Assembly: GCF_964213995.1 (NCBI RefSeq)
Contig: NC_135801.1
Coordinates: 84,568,001-84,632,000, forward strand
Direction of reading: 5' to 3'
DNA: 64,000 bases
Origin: Mustelus asterias
Taxonomy: Eukaryota
The position numbers were made by a program, and so were the translations under genes. The notes under the pieces were generated by a model. That model made no database searches. It saw only the letters and a program-made list of their open reading frames with translations, and was not told the DNA's origin. Each line of letters opens with the position of its first letter. Position 1 is the first letter of the stretch. Below are positions 12,190-23,900 of this stretch, in pieces.

Positions 12190-15100
12190 GATCACAAGGG
12201 GGTGATATTACAGCCCTGGATGGTTAGATGTTGGGGAGACTATGGCCAATCCCAAGGGGGTGACATTACAGCCCGGGATGGTTAAATGTTGGGGAGACTC
12301 GGGTCACTCTGGGTGGTTAGATGTTGGGGAACTCTGGTCATTCTGTGGGATTAGTTGTTGGGGGGACTCTGGCCAGTCTGGGTGGTTAGATGTTGGGGGG
12401 ATTCTGGGTGGTTAGACATTGGGGAGACTCTGGGTGGTTAGATGTTGGGGAGACTCTGGGTGGTTAGGTGTTGGGGAGACTCTGGTCACTCTGGGTGGTT
12501 AGATATTGGGGAGACTCTGGGTGGTTAGATGTTGGGGAGACTCTGGGTGGTTAGATGTTGGGGAGACTCTGGGTGGTTAGATGTTGGGGAGACTCTGGGT
12601 GGTTAGATGTTGGGGAGACTCTGGGTGGTTAGATGTTGGGGAGACTCTGGGTGGTTAGATGTTGGCGGGATTTTGGGTGGTTGGATGTTGGGGAGACTCT
12701 GCATGGTTCGATGTTGGGGAAACTCTGGATGGTTAGATGTTGGGGAGACTCTAGTCACTCTGGGTGGTTAGATATTGAGGAGACTCTGGGTAGATGTTGA
12801 GGGGTCTCTGGGTGATCAGATGTTGGGGGACTCTGGGTGGTTAGATGTTGGGGGGACTCTGGGTGGTCAGATGTTGGGGTGACTCTGGTCACTCTTGTCG
12901 TTAGGTGTTGGGGGGACTCTGGTCATTCTATGTGGTTAGGTGTTGGGGGTCTCTGGTCACTCTGGGTGGTTAGGTGTTGGGGAGACTCTGGGTGGTTAGA
13001 TGTTGGGGGGACCCTGTGTAGTTAGATGTTGGGGGGACCACAGGGTGCTTAGATGTTGGGGGAACTCTGGGTGCTTAGATGTTGGGGGGACTCTGGGTGG
13101 TTAGATGTAGGGGAGACTCTCGCCACTCTGGATGGTTAGATGTTGGGGGGACTCTGGGTGGTTAGATGTTGGGAAGACTCTGGATGGTTAGATGTTGGGG
13201 AGACTCTGGGTGGTTAGATGTTGGGGAGTCTCTGGGTGGTTAGATGTTGGGGAGACTCTGGGTGGTTCGATGTTTGGCAGACTCTGGCTGGTTAGATTTC
13301 GGGAGCCTCTGGTCACTCTGGGTGGTTAGATGTTGGGCAAAGACTGGGTGGTTAGATGTTGGGGAGACTCTGGTCACTCTGGGTGGTTAGATGTTGGGGG
13401 GTCTCTGGTCACTCTAGCCGCTTAGATGTTGGGGGGGTCTCTGGTCACTCAGGGTAGTTAGATGTTGGTGGGTCTCTGGTCACTTTGGGCGGTCAGATGT
13501 TGGGGTTCTCTGGTCACTCAGGGTGGTTAGATGTTGGGGGCATCCCTGGTCACTCTGGGTGGTTAGATGTTGGGGGGTCTCTGGGAGGTTAGATGTTGGG
13601 GGGTCTCTGGTCACTCCGGGTGGTTAGATGTTGGGGGTCTCTGGTCACTCTGGGTGGGTAGATGTTGGGGGGGCCTCTGGTCACTCTAGGTGCTTAGATG
13701 TTGTGGGCTCTCTGGACACTCTGGGTGGTTAGATGTTGGGGAGTCTCTGGTCACTCTGGGTGGTTAGATGTTCGGGGCGTCCCTGGTCACTATGGATGGT
13801 TAGATGTTGTGGGCTCTCTGGTCACTCAGGGTGGTCAGATGTTGGGGTTCTCTGGTCACTCAGGGTGGTTAGATGTTGGGGGGACTCTGGGAGGTTAGAT
13901 GTTGGGGAGTCTCTGGTCACTCTGGGTGGTTAGATGTTCGGGAGCGTCCCTGGTCACTATGGATGGTTAGATGTTGTGGGCTCTCTGGTCACTCAGGGTG
14001 GTCAGATGTTGGGGTTCTCTGGTCACTCAGGGTGGTTAGATGTTGGGGGGACTCTGGGAGGTTAGATGTTGGGGGGTCTCTGGTCACTCCGGGTGGTTAG
14101 ATGTTGGGGGTCTCTGGTCACTCTGGGTGGTTAGGTGTTGGGGGTCTCTGGTTACTCTGAGTGGTTAGATGTTGGGGTCTCTGGTCACTCTGGGTGGTTA
14201 GATGTTGGGGGGTCTCTGGTCACTCTGGGTGGTTAGATGTTGGGGGGTCGATGGTCACTCAGGGTGGTTAGATGTTGGGGGGGTCTCTGGTCACTCTGGG
14301 TGGTTAGATGTTGGGGGGGGTCTCTGTCACTCTGGGTGGTTAGATGTTGGGGGGTCTCTGGTCACTCTGGGTGGTTAGGTGTTGGGGGGGTCGCTGGTCA
14401 CTCTGGGTAATTTGGTGTTGGGGGGTCTCTGGTCACTCTGGGTGGTTAGATGTTGGGGAGACTCTGGGTGGTTAGATGTTGGGGAGACTCTGGGTGGTTA
14501 GATGTTGGCGGGATTTTGGGTGGTTGGATGTTGGGGAGAATCTGCATGGTTCGATGTTGGGGAAACTCTGGATGGTTAGATGTTGGGGAGACTCTAGTCA
14601 CTCTGGGTGGTTAGATGTTGAGGAGACTCTGGGTGGTTAGATGTTGGGGGGATCCTGGGTAGATATTGAGGGGACTCTGGTGATCAGATGTTGGGGGGAC
14701 TCTGGATGGTTAGATTTTGGGGAGACTCTAGTCACTCTGGGTGGTTAGATGTTGGGGGGACTCTGGGTGGTTAGATGTTGTGGAGATTCTGGATGGTTAG
14801 ATGTTGTGGAGATTCTGGATGGTTAGATGTTGGGGAGACTCTGGGTGGTTAGATGTTGGCGGGATTTTGGGTGGTTGGAAGTTGGGGGGACTCTGCATGG
14901 TTCGATGTTGGGGAATCTCTGGATGGTTAGATGTTGGGGAGACTCTGGTCACTCTGGGTGGTTAGATGTTGGGCAAACTCTGGGTGGTTAGGTGTTGGGG
15001 AGACTCTAGTCACTCTGGGTGGTTAGATGTTGAGGAGACTCTGGGTGGTTAGATGTTGGGGGGATCCTGGGTAGATATTGAGGGGACTCTGGTGATCAGA

Positions 15101-17308
15101 TGTTCGGGGGCGTCCCTGGTCACTATGGATGGTTAGATGTTGTGGGCTCTCTGGTCACTCAGGGTGGTCAGATGTTGGGGTTCTCTGGTCACTCAGGGTG
15201 GTTAGATGTTGGGGGGACTCTGGGAGGTTAGATGTTGGGGAGTCTCTGGTCACTCTGGGTGGTTAGATGTTCGGGGGCGTCCCTGGTCACTATGGATGGT
15301 TAGATGTTGTGGGCTCTCTGGTCACTCAGGGTGGTCAGATGTTGGGGTTCTCTGGTCACTCAGGGTGGTTAGATGTTGGGGGGACTCTGGGAGGTTAGAT
15401 GTTGGGGGGTCTCTGGGTGGTTAGATGTTGTGGAGATTCTGGATGGTTAGATGTTGTGGAGATTCTGGATGGTTAGATGTTGGGGAGACTCTGGGTGGTT
15501 AGATGTTGGCGGGATTTTGGGTGGTTGGAAGTTGGGGGGACTCTGCATGGTTCGATGTTGGGGAATCTCTGGATGGTTAGATGTTGGGGAGACTCTGGTC
15601 ACTCTGGGTGGTTAGATGTTGGGCAAACTCTGAGTGGTTAGGTGTTGGGGAGACTCTGGTCACTCTGAGTGGTTAGATTTTGGGGAGACTCTGGGTGGTT
15701 AGATGTTGGGGGTCTCTGGTCACTATGGGTGGTTAGATGTTGGGGGGACTCTGGTCACTATGGGTGGTTACGTGTTGGGGGGACTCTGGGTGGTTAGATG
15801 TTGGGGGACTCTGATCACTCTCGTTGGTCACTCTGGGTGGTTAGGTGTTGGGGGTCTCTGGTCATTCTGGGTGGTTAGATGTTGGGGGTCTCTGGTCACT
15901 CTGGGTGGTTAGATGTTGGGGAGTCTTTGGTCACTCTGGGTGGTTAGATGTTGCGTGGTCTCTGGTCACTCTGGGTGGTTAGATGTTGGGGGTCTCTGGT
16001 CACTCTCGGTGCTTAGATGTTGGGGGGTCTCTGGACACTGTGGGTGGTTAGATGTTGGGGGGTCTCTGGTCACTCAGGGTGGTTAGATGTTGGGGAGACT
16101 CTGGTCATTCTGTGGGGTTAGTTGTTGGGGGGACTCTGGCCAGTCTGAGTGGTTAGATGTTGGGGGGATTCTGGGTGGCTAGATATTGGGGAGACTTTGG
16201 GTGGTTAATGTTGGGGAGACTCTGGGTGGTTAGATGTTGGGGAGACTCTGGGTGGTTAGATGTTGGGGAGACTCTGGGTGGTTAGATGTTGGGGAGACTC
16301 TGGGTGGTTAGATGTTTGGGAGCCTCTGGTCACTCTGAGTGGTTACATGTTGGGGAGACTCTGGGTGGTTAGATGTTGGGGGTCTCTGGTCACTCTGGGT
16401 GGTTAGATGTTGGGGGGTCTCTGGTCACTCTGGGTGGTTAGATGTTGAGGCGTCTCTGGTCACTCTGGGTGGCTAGATGTTGGGGGCGTCTCTGGTCACT
16501 CTGGGTGGTTAGATGTTGGGGGTCTCTGGTCACTCTGGGCGGTCAGATGTTGGGGCTCTCTGGTCACTCTGGGCGGGTAGATGTTGGGGGTCTCTGGTCA
16601 CTTTGGGTGGTTAGATGTTGCGGTGTCTCTGGTCACTCTGGGTGGTTAGGTGTTGGGGGGGTCTCTGGTCACTGTGGGTGGTTCGATGTTGGGGGTCTCT
16701 GGTCACTCTGGGTGGTTAGATGTTGGGGAGTCTCTGGTCACTCTGGGTGGTTAGATGTTGGGGGGTCTCTGGTCACTCTGGGTGTTTAGATGTTGGGGGT
16801 CTCTGGTCACTCTGGGTGGTTAGATGTTGGGGTTCTCTGGTCACTCTGGGAGGTTAGGTGTTGGAGGGTCTCTGGTCACTCTGGGTGGTTAGATGTTGGG
16901 GTTCTCTGGTCACTCTGGGTGGTTAGATGTTGGGGGGGTCTCTGGTCACTCTGGGTGGTTAGATGTTGGTGGGTCTCTGGTCACTCTGGGTGGTTAGATG
17001 TTGGGGGGGTCTCTGGTCACTCTGGGTGGTTAGATGTTGGGGGGGGTCTCTGGTCACTCTGGGTGGTTAGATGTTGGGGGGGTCTCTGGTCACTCTGGGT
17101 GGTTAGATGTTGGGGGGGTCTCTGGTCACTCTGGGTGGTTTGATGTTGGGGGGGTCTCTGGTCACTCTGGGTGGTTTGATGTTGGGGGGTCTCTGGTCAC
17201 TCTGGGTGGTTAGATGTTGGGGGGTCTCTGGTCACTCTGGGTGGTTAGATGTTGGGGGGTCTCTGGTCACTCTGGGTGGTTAGATGTTGGGGGGTCTCTG
17301 GTCACTCT
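12190..17308 (+). repeat. G-rich minisatellite array, about 5.1 kb, units of about 25 and 34-35 bp
   Basis: Tandem ctctgggtggttagatgttggggaga and ctctggtcactctgggtggttagatgttgggggt variants, with larger duplicated blocks (about 175-bp period near 13700-14050). Confidence 0.97.
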
Positions 17309-17309
17309 C

Positions 17310-18000
17310 ACCCCTCCCGTTGCGTTCCATCTGAGGAACGTTTCATTGTTTGGAACCTTGCCCCTGGTTCGGAGTCTGCGCACTGGCTGCTGATCCGCCC
17401 CATCCCCCGCCCTGAGTCCCGGAGAGAGTGAGTGACTGAGTGAGTGAGGCCGAGCCGGGCGGACTGAGCACTGGGCGCCCAGGACAACCACACAAAGAGT
17501 TGAGCCAGGCCCGGCGGCGCGGGCCCTCGTGCGATTGGGCGGCTCGCGGTCACGCGGCGGCCGGACTCCCCCCTCCCCCCCGTCCTGCGCCCACCGCCAT
17601 TTTGTAGCCAAGGAGGAGCAGCAGCCGCCGCGGTGCCAGCTTGGCCGGGTGGTTCCAGGCAGCAGCATCTTTCTAGGTCCGCGTGTCCCACCCGCCGCCC
17701 TTCCCCTCCCAACAGCCCGCCGGGGGAAGAGGAACCCGATGGACCCTCAGTACGGTTACAACCCGCCGTCCGCTGGTCTGATGGAGCAGAGCATGGCGGC
17801 GCCCGAGGAGTTCCCCGAAGGAGCCAAAATCAACGCCAGCAAAAACGAGGAGGACGAGGGGTGAGTGCGCAGGAGACGGTGCCAACTTCTCCTCACCGTG
17901 AAGACAAAGAGCGGTTAGCTCCCGGCCTGGAGGGAGGCTTTCCCCCCGGGGCGCGAGCTCCGGATACCGGACCCGGAGCGCGTGTGAGCGTCAAGCTCCG
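17310..18000 (+). promoter_or_regulatory. CpG island promoter, 5'UTR and exon 1 of HNRNPDL
   Basis: High GC and CpG. GC boxes (ccgccc near 17395 and 17406), reverse CCAAT (gattgg at 17533), YY1 motif ccgccattttg at 17594-17604. Confidence 0.85.
17739..17860 (+). CDS. HNRNPDL: hnRNP D-like, coding exon 1
   Basis: Translates MDPQYGYNPPSAGLMEQSMAAPEEFPEGAKINASKNEEDEG. Donor GG|GTGAGT. Lies in a CpG island. The start ATG could be one of the downstream in-frame Met codons. Confidence 0.9.
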
Positions 18001-18002
18001 CC

Positions 18003-19475
18003 CACTCCGGCTTACTGTGAACAGCACTGAGCCACTCTGGCATTGCCCAGTCTGGGTTACTGAGTGTGAACAGCACTGAGTCACCCTGGCATTGCCCAGT
18101 CTGGGTTACTGAGTGTGAACAGCACTGAGCCACCCTGGCATTGCCCAGTCTGGGTTACTGAGTGTGAACAGCACTGAGTCACCCTGGCATTGCCCAGTCT
18201 GGGTTACTGAGTGTGAACAGCACTGAGTCACCCTGGCATTGCCCAGTCTGGGTTACTGAGTGTGAACAGCACTGAGTCACCCTGGCATTGCCCAGTCTGG
18301 GTTACTGAGTGTGAACAGCACTGAGTCACCCTGGCATTGCCCAGTCCGCGTTACTGTGAATGCACTGAGCCACCCTGGCATTGCCCAGTCTGGCTTACTG
18401 AGTGTGAACAGCACTGAGTCACCCTGGCATTGCCCAGTCCGCGTTACTGTGAATGCACTGAGCCACCCTGGCATTGCCCAGTCTGGGTTACTGAGTGTGA
18501 ACAGCACTGAGTCACCCTGGCATTGCCCAGTCTGGGTTACTGAGTGTGAACAGCACTGAGTCACCCTGGCATTGCCCAGTCCGCGTTACTGTGAATGCAC
18601 TGAGCCACCCTGGCATTGCCCAGTCTGGCTTACTGAGTGTGAACAGCACTGAGTCACCCTGGCATTGCCCAGTCTGGGTTACTGAGTGTGAACAGCACTG
18701 AGTCACCCTGGCATTGCCCAGTCCGCGTTACTGTGAATGCACTGAGCCACCCTGGCATTGCCCAGTCTGGGTTACTGAGTGTGAACAGCACTGAGCCACC
18801 CTGGCATTGCCCAGTCTGGGTTACTGAGTGTGAACAGCACTGAGTCACCCTGGCGTTGCCCAGTCTGGGTTACTGTGAATGCACTGAGCCACCCTGGCAT
18901 TGCCCAGTCTGGCTTACTGAGTGTGAACAGCACTGAGTCACCCTGGCATTGCCCAGTCTGGGTTACTGAGTGTGAACAGCACTGAGTCACCCTGGCATTG
19001 CCCAGTCCGCGTTACTGTGAATGCACTGAGCCACCCTGGCATTGCCCAGTCTGGGTTACTGAGTGTGAACAGCACTGAGCCACCCTGGCATTGCCCAGTC
19101 TGGGTTACTGAGTGTGAACAGCACTGAGTCACCCTGGCGTTGCCCAGTCTGGGTTACTGTATGTGGACTGCACTGAGTCACCCTGGCGTTGCCCAGTCTG
19201 GGTTACTGTATGTGGACTGCACTGAGTCACCCTGGCGTTGCCCAGTCTGGGTTACTGTGTGTGGACTGCACTGAGCTCCCCTGGCATTGCCCAGTCTGGG
19301 TTACTGTGTGTGAACAGCGCTGAACCACCCTGGCATTGCCCACCTGGGTTACTGTGTGTGAACAGCACTGAACCACCCTAGCATTGCACATCCCAGTTTA
19401 TTCTCTGCTTTACTGTTTGTGTGTGTTCCCTGTTTTACTGTGTGTGTGAATAGCACTGAGCATTGCCCAACCACC
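18003..19475 (+). repeat. 49-bp/44-bp minisatellite with a 142-bp higher-order repeat in HNRNPDL intron 1
   Basis: Unit ccctggcattgcccagtctgggttactgagtgtgaacagcactgagtca (49 bp) plus a 44-bp variant. The 49+49+44 period shows up as ORF starts at 18564, 18706, 18848, 18990 and 19132. Confidence 0.97.
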
Positions 19476-19782
19476 CTAGCTCTTCCAGTATACCTGTTTA
19501 AACTCCCTGTTATTCTGGGTTTTCCCTTTCTCTTTGTTTTTGTTTGGTTCGGTAACGTGGCACAATGACTTGATTCCAGGCTGTGTGTGTGTGTGTTTGT
19601 GACCTAGTTTCAGCATTTCTGTCTCTCTCTCCCTCTACTTCTCCATCTCAACCTGCAGTCAGGTTTACCCATTAGTTTTTTTCACCCTCCCTCTTTCTGA
19701 TGCTGCAAGAAGAATATCAAAAAGCCAATGTGGCTTCGAAAGTTCATTATACAAGATCAGGTGCACCTATTTAATTAAAAAA

Positions 19783-20470
19783 AATATTGCAAATGCTCAG
19801 CGGGTCAGGCAACATCTGGGCAGGGAAAAACAATTAACGTTCCAGATCTGTGGCCTTTCATCAGAATTGGGAATAGATAGAAATGTAATAGGTTTTGGGG
19901 AAGGGGGAGAAGAACAAAAGGGAAATTGTGGTAAGGTGGAGGGCAAGGGAGATTGAATGACAAGATTGAATGGTGCAAGTTGAAAGGAAGTGTTAATGGA
20001 ACAAGTAAAGAAGCAATCTATATGTCTAGAGGAGGTGTAGGTATAGGATAGCTGCCGCAAACTAAAGGAAGTGGAGAGAAATCTAGCAGAGACAAAACAA
20101 TATGGGCGCAGTGGTTGTGATCTAAAGTTGTTGAAATCATTGGTAAAAGGCTGTAAAGTGCCCACTCGAAAGATGAGGTGCTGTTCGTCAAGTTTACATT
20201 GAACTTCACTGGAATGGATGGGAACTAATTGGGCCTCCGTTCAAAGAAAATGCAGTGAGCTCTGAGACTGTCTTGGTGGGTGGGAGGACAGGAAAGAGGC
20301 AATTGGGGCTAAGAAACACATACATTTTAAAGTGAAGGAAGCCATCCAAAAAGTCACTGGTGTAAGTGGCAAGAGACTGGACAAGGGAAGAATAAAATAG
20401 AACTGAGATGGGCTAAAATCAGTTCATTGGGACAGGAACGTGCTGAAACGATGGGTCTACTCGGGCAGTC
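19783..20470 (-). mobile_element. Decayed Penelope-like element of a second family
   Basis: Minus strand reads EQHLIF-/-GTLQPFTNDFNNFR, a typical PLE GIY-YIG C-terminus, followed by a degenerate hammerhead CTGATGA-aaggcc..gatct-GGAA-CGTT at about 19831-19868. Confidence 0.7.
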
Positions 20471-20804
20471 TATGATGAATTATTACACTGTATTGATGCA
20501 TTTAAGTTGGCTGTAAAAAAAGCTCCATCCTCAATACTTAATTTTAGGGAAAATGTTTGGCAGCAAAACCCAACAGATATATTGCGTTTTGTAATGAAAT
20601 ATTAATATTTGCATTTAAAATGGAAAAAAATATGCATCCAAAGGACATGGTAACAACCTATCCACAAGATATTACTACCTGTTGAAATACCATGGACAAC
20701 TTGTTTTGAACTTTTATTACGTATTGCTATTTTAAACATTATAAACAGTACATTACAATATACCAGAATTGACAGGATCACTTTATAAATATTATTCTTC
20801 ACAG

Positions 20805-20973
20805 AAAAATGTTCATTGGGGGTCTTAGCTGGGATACAAGCAAGAAGGATTTGACAGATTACTTGTCCAGGTTCGGTGAAGTAGTGGATTGTACCATAAA
20901 GATGGATGCAGTGACAGGGCGGTCAAGAGGATTTGGTTTTGTACTATTCAGAGAACCTGCAAGCGTGGACAGG
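20805..20973 (+). CDS. HNRNPDL: hnRNP D-like, exon 2 (RRM1)
   Basis: Acceptor cag|[39 protein letters not shown]...RGFGFVLF carries RNP2 and RNP1. Donor AGG|GTAAAT. 169 nt. Confidence 0.97.
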
Positions 20974-22297
20974 GTAAATCAACTCTCAATGTCATTACAA
21001 ATTACATCAAAATATGTGTATACTCTTGCACGTGTGTCTTTGGATAAAAGTTGTTTTGAGAAATGTTAACAATAGCTTGTTACAAATTGGTATCAACTAT
21101 TTAAAAATGTAAATATCCAATTGTGACATTCAGAAACACAAGCATAACAAAGCTGTGGAACTTTGTTTTCCTCCTTTGGTTCCAATGTTTCGTGAAATCA
21201 GTAGTTTATTTTCATTAAGTGTTTTGGTGGCCTAGTTCAGATGTGCTACTAGTCTGTTATTTGATTCAAACACTTGTATATGTAACCTCAATAATGTTAA
21301 TCCATTCTGTGGGGGGGGGGGGGGGGGAGCTTATCTGTTTCCTGGGGTTAGTCCATAATGATGGGGGATGTTCATGGACAACTTTACATATTAGAACTCA
21401 CTTTATAATGAGATTTTAGTGGTGGCTATGCAAGAATTATCTTGCAGAAAGCTGTCTCTGGATATTCATTTGGATAATGCTACTTCAAATGAGTTCCACA
21501 ATGCAGTGATTTATACCTAAATTCTTTCCATTATATGCATTATGAATTATAGATTACTTGTGAGAATTTTGTACAAAACCCAATCCATTTTTGAAGATTT
21601 TGTTGTCAGCAGGGAATGATACCAAGAAGCGTGCAGTTTGTGTTCTTGTGGCACTGACCTCTGCTTTTCACCCCAGGTCATGACTCTAATTGGCAGGAAG
21701 CTAGGTGAGTAAAGAGCGGATGTGATCATTTTAAGTACACAAATGTGCTTTTTGTTATTGATCCCCGCTGGGAAAAATATATTGGATTGAGGTAGGAACT
21801 TCTCCTGTGCATCTAAATTAGACCTTTGCTGCAGAAGTTTGTATATCTTTATGGTACCAGAAATTGAATTAAACAAGGGGGTTATTTTGGTGGCTTTCTG
21901 ATGTGATTGGATACAATTTTAACTAAGTGTGAATTTACCAGCAAGTATAATTTGGTCAAGAGCTAGTAAAATGTAAAATTTCAAAGCAGCCTTGATTATT
22001 ATAGAAATGCTTTTGGAGCCAGGAGGAGTAGCACAGGCAGTATTTCTGCTTGTGTTGCTGTAGAGAAGTGAGCACTGAACTCAGAACTGGGACTTAAACA
22101 GAATGGTTGAACTTCAGAGGTCACAAATTCATTTTCCCCCCCTCTACTTCTTACTTTGTTATCGCAAATACGAGTAAATGTTCTCTGAAAGTTTTTAAAT
22201 AAGGTTCAGAGTCGGTTATTATTTTGATATTGCACAAGTATGTATTGTCTCTGAAAATTGTAGTTTTAGTGCAGAAACTGTTCTTAAATTCTTGTAG

Positions 22298-22459
22298 GTC
22301 TTGGAACTGAAGGAGCACAAGCTGGATGGAAGGCTGATTGACCCTAAAAGAGCAAAGGCAATAAAAGGCAAAGAACCAGCTAAGAAAGTTTTTGTTGGTG
22401 GCCTAAGTCCTGATGTACCAGAAGAAATGGTTAAGGACTATTTTGGAGCGTACGGAGAG
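22298..22459 (+). CDS. HNRNPDL: hnRNP D-like, exon 3 (end of RRM1, start of RRM2)
   Basis: Translates [39 protein letters not shown]...YFGAYGE. 162 nt. Donor is GAG|GCAAGT (GC-AG intron). Confidence 0.96.
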
Positions 22460-23106
22460 GCAAGTTATACTTCATAACCTCAGTGGCAGAAAGATTTTGA
22501 TGTAAACAGCCACCATTAGCTCTAAATATAGCTAATTTCTATTTTTATGACCTGCCATAAACCTACACTAACTTAGAGAGACACTACTTTGCTGACATTC
22601 ACAGATATACTACGCTTCTTTGCACGTGTATTAATGCATTGGGAAGATAATTACCCAAGTTTTTATATATAAATGTTGAAGCTTTACTCAAAAATCAGGG
22701 CAGCAAGTAAAAGTAATATGGATAAGAAATACATGCTCTGCATAGGACTATTATATTACAGATCTATTCTGTTTTGTATGAGTAATGTTACTGGCCTGCA
22801 TTAAAAAATTGCCAGTAGGTCAGCATTTAAAAACAGCACATACATACTGTTCCATTTAAGTTTGAAAGCATAATTCAAAAGGATACCCAATATTATTGTG
22901 GAGTTGGGAGGAAATGGTCCCCAATAAAGTCACAGTTAAAATTATTTGATCATTCAACTATTTTGAGCACTAAATTACCACCTTATGGTGCTTAATTAGA
23001 ACTTTCGTATTAGCAAAAACATAAAATATTTGGTAGATTATAGTTCTTTTAAATAGTGATATGAGCAAGACAGCACAAAAATTATACCTGAACTGTTTTT
23101 TTGTAG

Positions 23107-23238
23107 ATCGAAGGCATCGAACTTCCGATTGACAACAAGACGAATGAACGGAGAGGTTTTTGCTTCATCACGTTTAAGGAGGAAGAACCAGTAAAAAGGC
23201 TATTAGAAAACAAGTATCACAACATAGGATCTAGCAAG
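23107..23238 (+). CDS. HNRNPDL: hnRNP D-like, exon 4 (RRM2)
   Basis: Translates [44 protein letters not shown]. Boundaries tag| and |GTACGT. 132 nt. Confidence 0.97.
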
Positions 23239-23555
23239 GTACGTCTAGTAAAGTTGTCAATACAATTCAAGATTTAGCGCGTTTGGGGATAGAAGTTTTT
23301 TTTTCCAATTAATGTCCTGCATTTATAGAGAGCAATGGATTTTGAGACATGAGACAAAATGTTAGAAGAGTGCCCAAAAATTGGTCAGAGATTTATTTTA
23401 AGGAGGGTGTTGGGAAAGATAGGAAGATGAAAAGAAAAAGGGCTTTAGACAGGAAGTTGCAGAGGTTGTGGTGGCTAGATGCACAGCTGCCAATAGTAGA
23501 GTGAAGGGAACAGGATGTGCAACATAATCTAGAGTCAGGAACTGACCTCTTTATT

Positions 23556-23900
23556 TTTTCATGGGATGTGAGTGTCACTGACAAAGCCAGCATTTATTGC
23601 CCATCCCTAAATTGGCCTGGAATTGAGTAGCTTGCTAGACCATTGCAGAGGGTAGCTAAGAGTCAACCACATTGCTGTGGATCTGGAGTCATGTGTCGGT
23701 GAGACTGGGTAGGGATGGCAGATTTCCTTCCTTAAAAAACATTAGTGAACCAGGTAGCTTTTATGGCAGAAGTCATCACTACTGAGACGCATTAATTGAA
23801 TTTAAATTCCACAAATTGGTGAGGCGAATTTGAACTCATGTGCCCAGAACATTAATCTGGGCCTCTGGATTATTAGGATTTTATAACTTCACCACTATCT
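23556..23900 (-). mobile_element. tRNA-headed SINE with a Meta-domain-like core; relatives at 46852-47225 (+) and about 10530-10820 (-)
   Basis: Core ggaaggaaatctgcc.tcc.tacc..tgactccaga.ccacagcaatgtggttgactctta. The tail is shared with LINE family B. Confidence 0.65.

Noticed and set aside
12190-17308. Interstitial telomeric repeat
   Set aside because: Contains ggttag but not tandem TTAGGG. The unit is 25-35 bp.
12190-19475. CRISPR array or repetitive proteins (W/G/V-rich and TQCCSHS ORFs)
   Set aside because: The units are head-to-tail with no unique spacers, there are no cas genes, and the context is vertebrate. The ORFs are by-products of the repeat units.
21310-21328. Poly-G tract (also poly-C at about 46161-46181) as a regulatory element
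   Set aside because: These are simple homopolymers of unreliable length with no supporting context.
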